Shown here: positions 15,905-17,378 of the stretch, piece by piece | How positions within the stretch are numbered: position 1 is the stretch's first letter | How the letters are laid out: the number at the start of each line of letters is the position of its first letter | Assembly: GCA_046726415.1 (NCBI GenBank) | Contig: JBKPAK010000300.1 | Coordinates: 1 to 17,378 of the forward strand | Length of the DNA stretch: 17,378 bases | From: Candidatus Methylomirabilota bacterium | GTDB taxonomy: Bacteria; Methylomirabilota; Methylomirabilia; Rokubacteriales; CSP1-6 | Direction: 5' to 3' | Notes under the pieces: model-generated | What the model was told of the DNA's origin: nothing | Seen by the model: only the letters and a program-made list of their open reading frames with translations | Database searches by the model: none | Made by a program: the position numbers and the translations under genes

Positions 15905-17253
15905 ATGAACCTCGTGGGCCGCAGCTTCGCGCGCGAGGCATTCGTCCAGGCGCTGTCCGCCGAAGCGCTCGTGCGGGCGATGCTCGACTTCGAGCGTGCC
16001 CTGGCCGGCGCCCAAGCCGACGCCGGTGTCATCCCCCAAGACGCGGCGCGGGTGATCGCCGCCGGCTGTTCGGATCTGCGCCTGTCCTCGGACGCGCTGG
16101 CGCGCGACGGCAAGAAGTCCGGCTCGCTGGCGGTGCCGCTGGTCAAGGCGCTCACCGAGCAGGTTGCTCGCGCGGATGGGAGGGCGGCGGCCTTCGTGCA
16201 CTACGGCTCGACGAGTCAGGACGTCCTCGACACCGCGCTCGTCCTGTGCGTGAAGCCGTGCCTCGCCGACGCTGACCGCGTCCTCTCTACGGCGGTGAGT
16301 CACCTGGCCGACCGCGCGCGGCGCCACGCGGGCGTCGTGATGCTCGGCCGGACGCTGATGCAACCCGCCACGCCAATCACCGCGGGCCTGAAGACGGGCG
16401 CTGGGCGGCAGCGCTGCATCGCTGCCGGCTTCGCCTTTCTGCTGCGGGCGCGCGAGCGCTGTGCGTCCAGCTCGGCGGAGCCGTGGGCACGCTGGACGCC
16501 ATCGGCGAGAAGCGCGCGACCGTGCGCCGCGGCGTGGCCGAGCGCCTCGGGCTGGGCGCGGGACGCTCGTGGCACGACTACCGCGACGAATTGCTGCGCC
16601 TGATGGCGGAGCTGGCCGTCGTCACCGCGACGGTGGGCAAGATCGCGCGCGACGTCGCGTTGCTCTCGCAGGCCGAGGTCGGCGAGATGCTGGAGTCGAC
16701 GCCGGCGAAGGGCGTGGGCGGCTCCAGCGCGATGCCCCACAAGCGCAACCCCGTGGCGTGTCTTCAGGCGCTGGCCGCCGCTGAGCGCACGCCCGGTTTG
16801 ATGGCCACCTTGCTATCAGGCGCCGTCGGCGAGCACGAGCGGTCGCTCGGCGGCTGGCAGGCCGAGCTGGCGACCATTCCCGAAATTCTGGACGCCGCGG
16901 GCGGGGCGCTGGATGCCCTGGAGCGCATCGCCGTCGGTCTCGTGGTGAACGCCGAGCGGATGAGCGCCAACCTCGAATCGCTGCAGGGGCTGGTGTTCTC
17001 CGAGCGGCTGGCCCGCCTGCTCGCCCGCGACACGGACCGGGCCAGCGCGCTGGCGCTCGTCGACGACTGGTGCGCCGTCGCGCTGCAGGAGCGCCAGCAT
17101 CTCAGGGATGTCGCGATCGCCGCCCGGCCGTCGCTGGCCGGACAGATCGACGATGTGTTCTCGCTCGAGGCGATCGCGATCGAGCTGGCGCCGGTCCTCG
17201 ACGAGGTGCTCGCCGAAGTCGCGGGCGACGAGCGGGAGGCAAGGCTCAGATGA
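15905..17253 (+). pseudogene. pcaB: 3-carboxy-cis,cis-muconate cycloisomerase with a 1-nt deletion near 16396-16398. Either a real lesion or a sequencing error
   Basis: First frame: AMLDFERALA, VHYGSTSQDVLDTA, MLGRTLMQPATPITAGLKT. Second frame continues RWAAALHR...VQLGGAVGTL...GSSAMPHKRNP...EHERSLGGWQAE. Adding one base gives 449 aa. Fumarate-lyase signature present and the gene follows pcaHG. Confidence 0.9.
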
Positions 17254-17377
17254 TGTCCTGGGCTTTGAGATCCTCCAGGTCGCGCGCGCTCAAGCCCAGC
17301 CACTCGGCATAGATCGGGGCATTGTGCTCGCCGAGCAGCGGTGAGCGGTCCACCGCGACGTGCGATTCGGACATCTT
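17246..17377 (-). CDS. C-terminus of a family III CoA-transferase (CaiB/BaiF/Frc-like), truncated by the window edge
   Basis: The minus strand reads KMSESHVAVDRSPLLGEHNAPIYAEWLGLSARDLEDLKAQDII*. P.LGEHN..I....LG...L..L....II is the typical C-terminus of the family. It overlaps the end of pcaB by 8 nt. Confidence 0.8.
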   Translation of the reverse strand, partial: KMSESHVAVDRSPLLGEHNAPIYAEWLGLSARDLEDLKAQDII

Positions 17378-17378
17378 C

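Overview
GC-rich bacterial window that is almost entirely metabolic and transport genes, with no rRNA, tRNA, CRISPR or transposase evident. Left part: the 3' end of a sugar-type ABC substrate-binding protein gene, a convergent VOC/glyoxalase gene preceded by a triple ~34-bp repeat that contains its RBS, a frameshifted ~507-aa uncharacterised protein, a DUF2231-Rieske gene with a sigma54-like promoter, and an ApbA/PanE-family reductase. Middle: a minus-strand operon made of a Tat-exported Opp/Dpp-type ABC transporter (A-B-C-D-F), a YlbE/YahG (DUF1116) gene, an FdrA gene and a 56-aa FdrA C-terminal-domain gene that the ORF track missed. Right: divergent pcaH-pcaG-pcaB (pcaB has a 1-nt frameshift) and the 3' tail of a convergent family III CoA-transferase. 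The best candidate for an undescribed system is the Opp-transporter/DUF1116/split-FdrA operon, which lacks the YlbF and carbamate kinase partners known from E. coli. All family calls come from motif recognition by eye, not from database searches.
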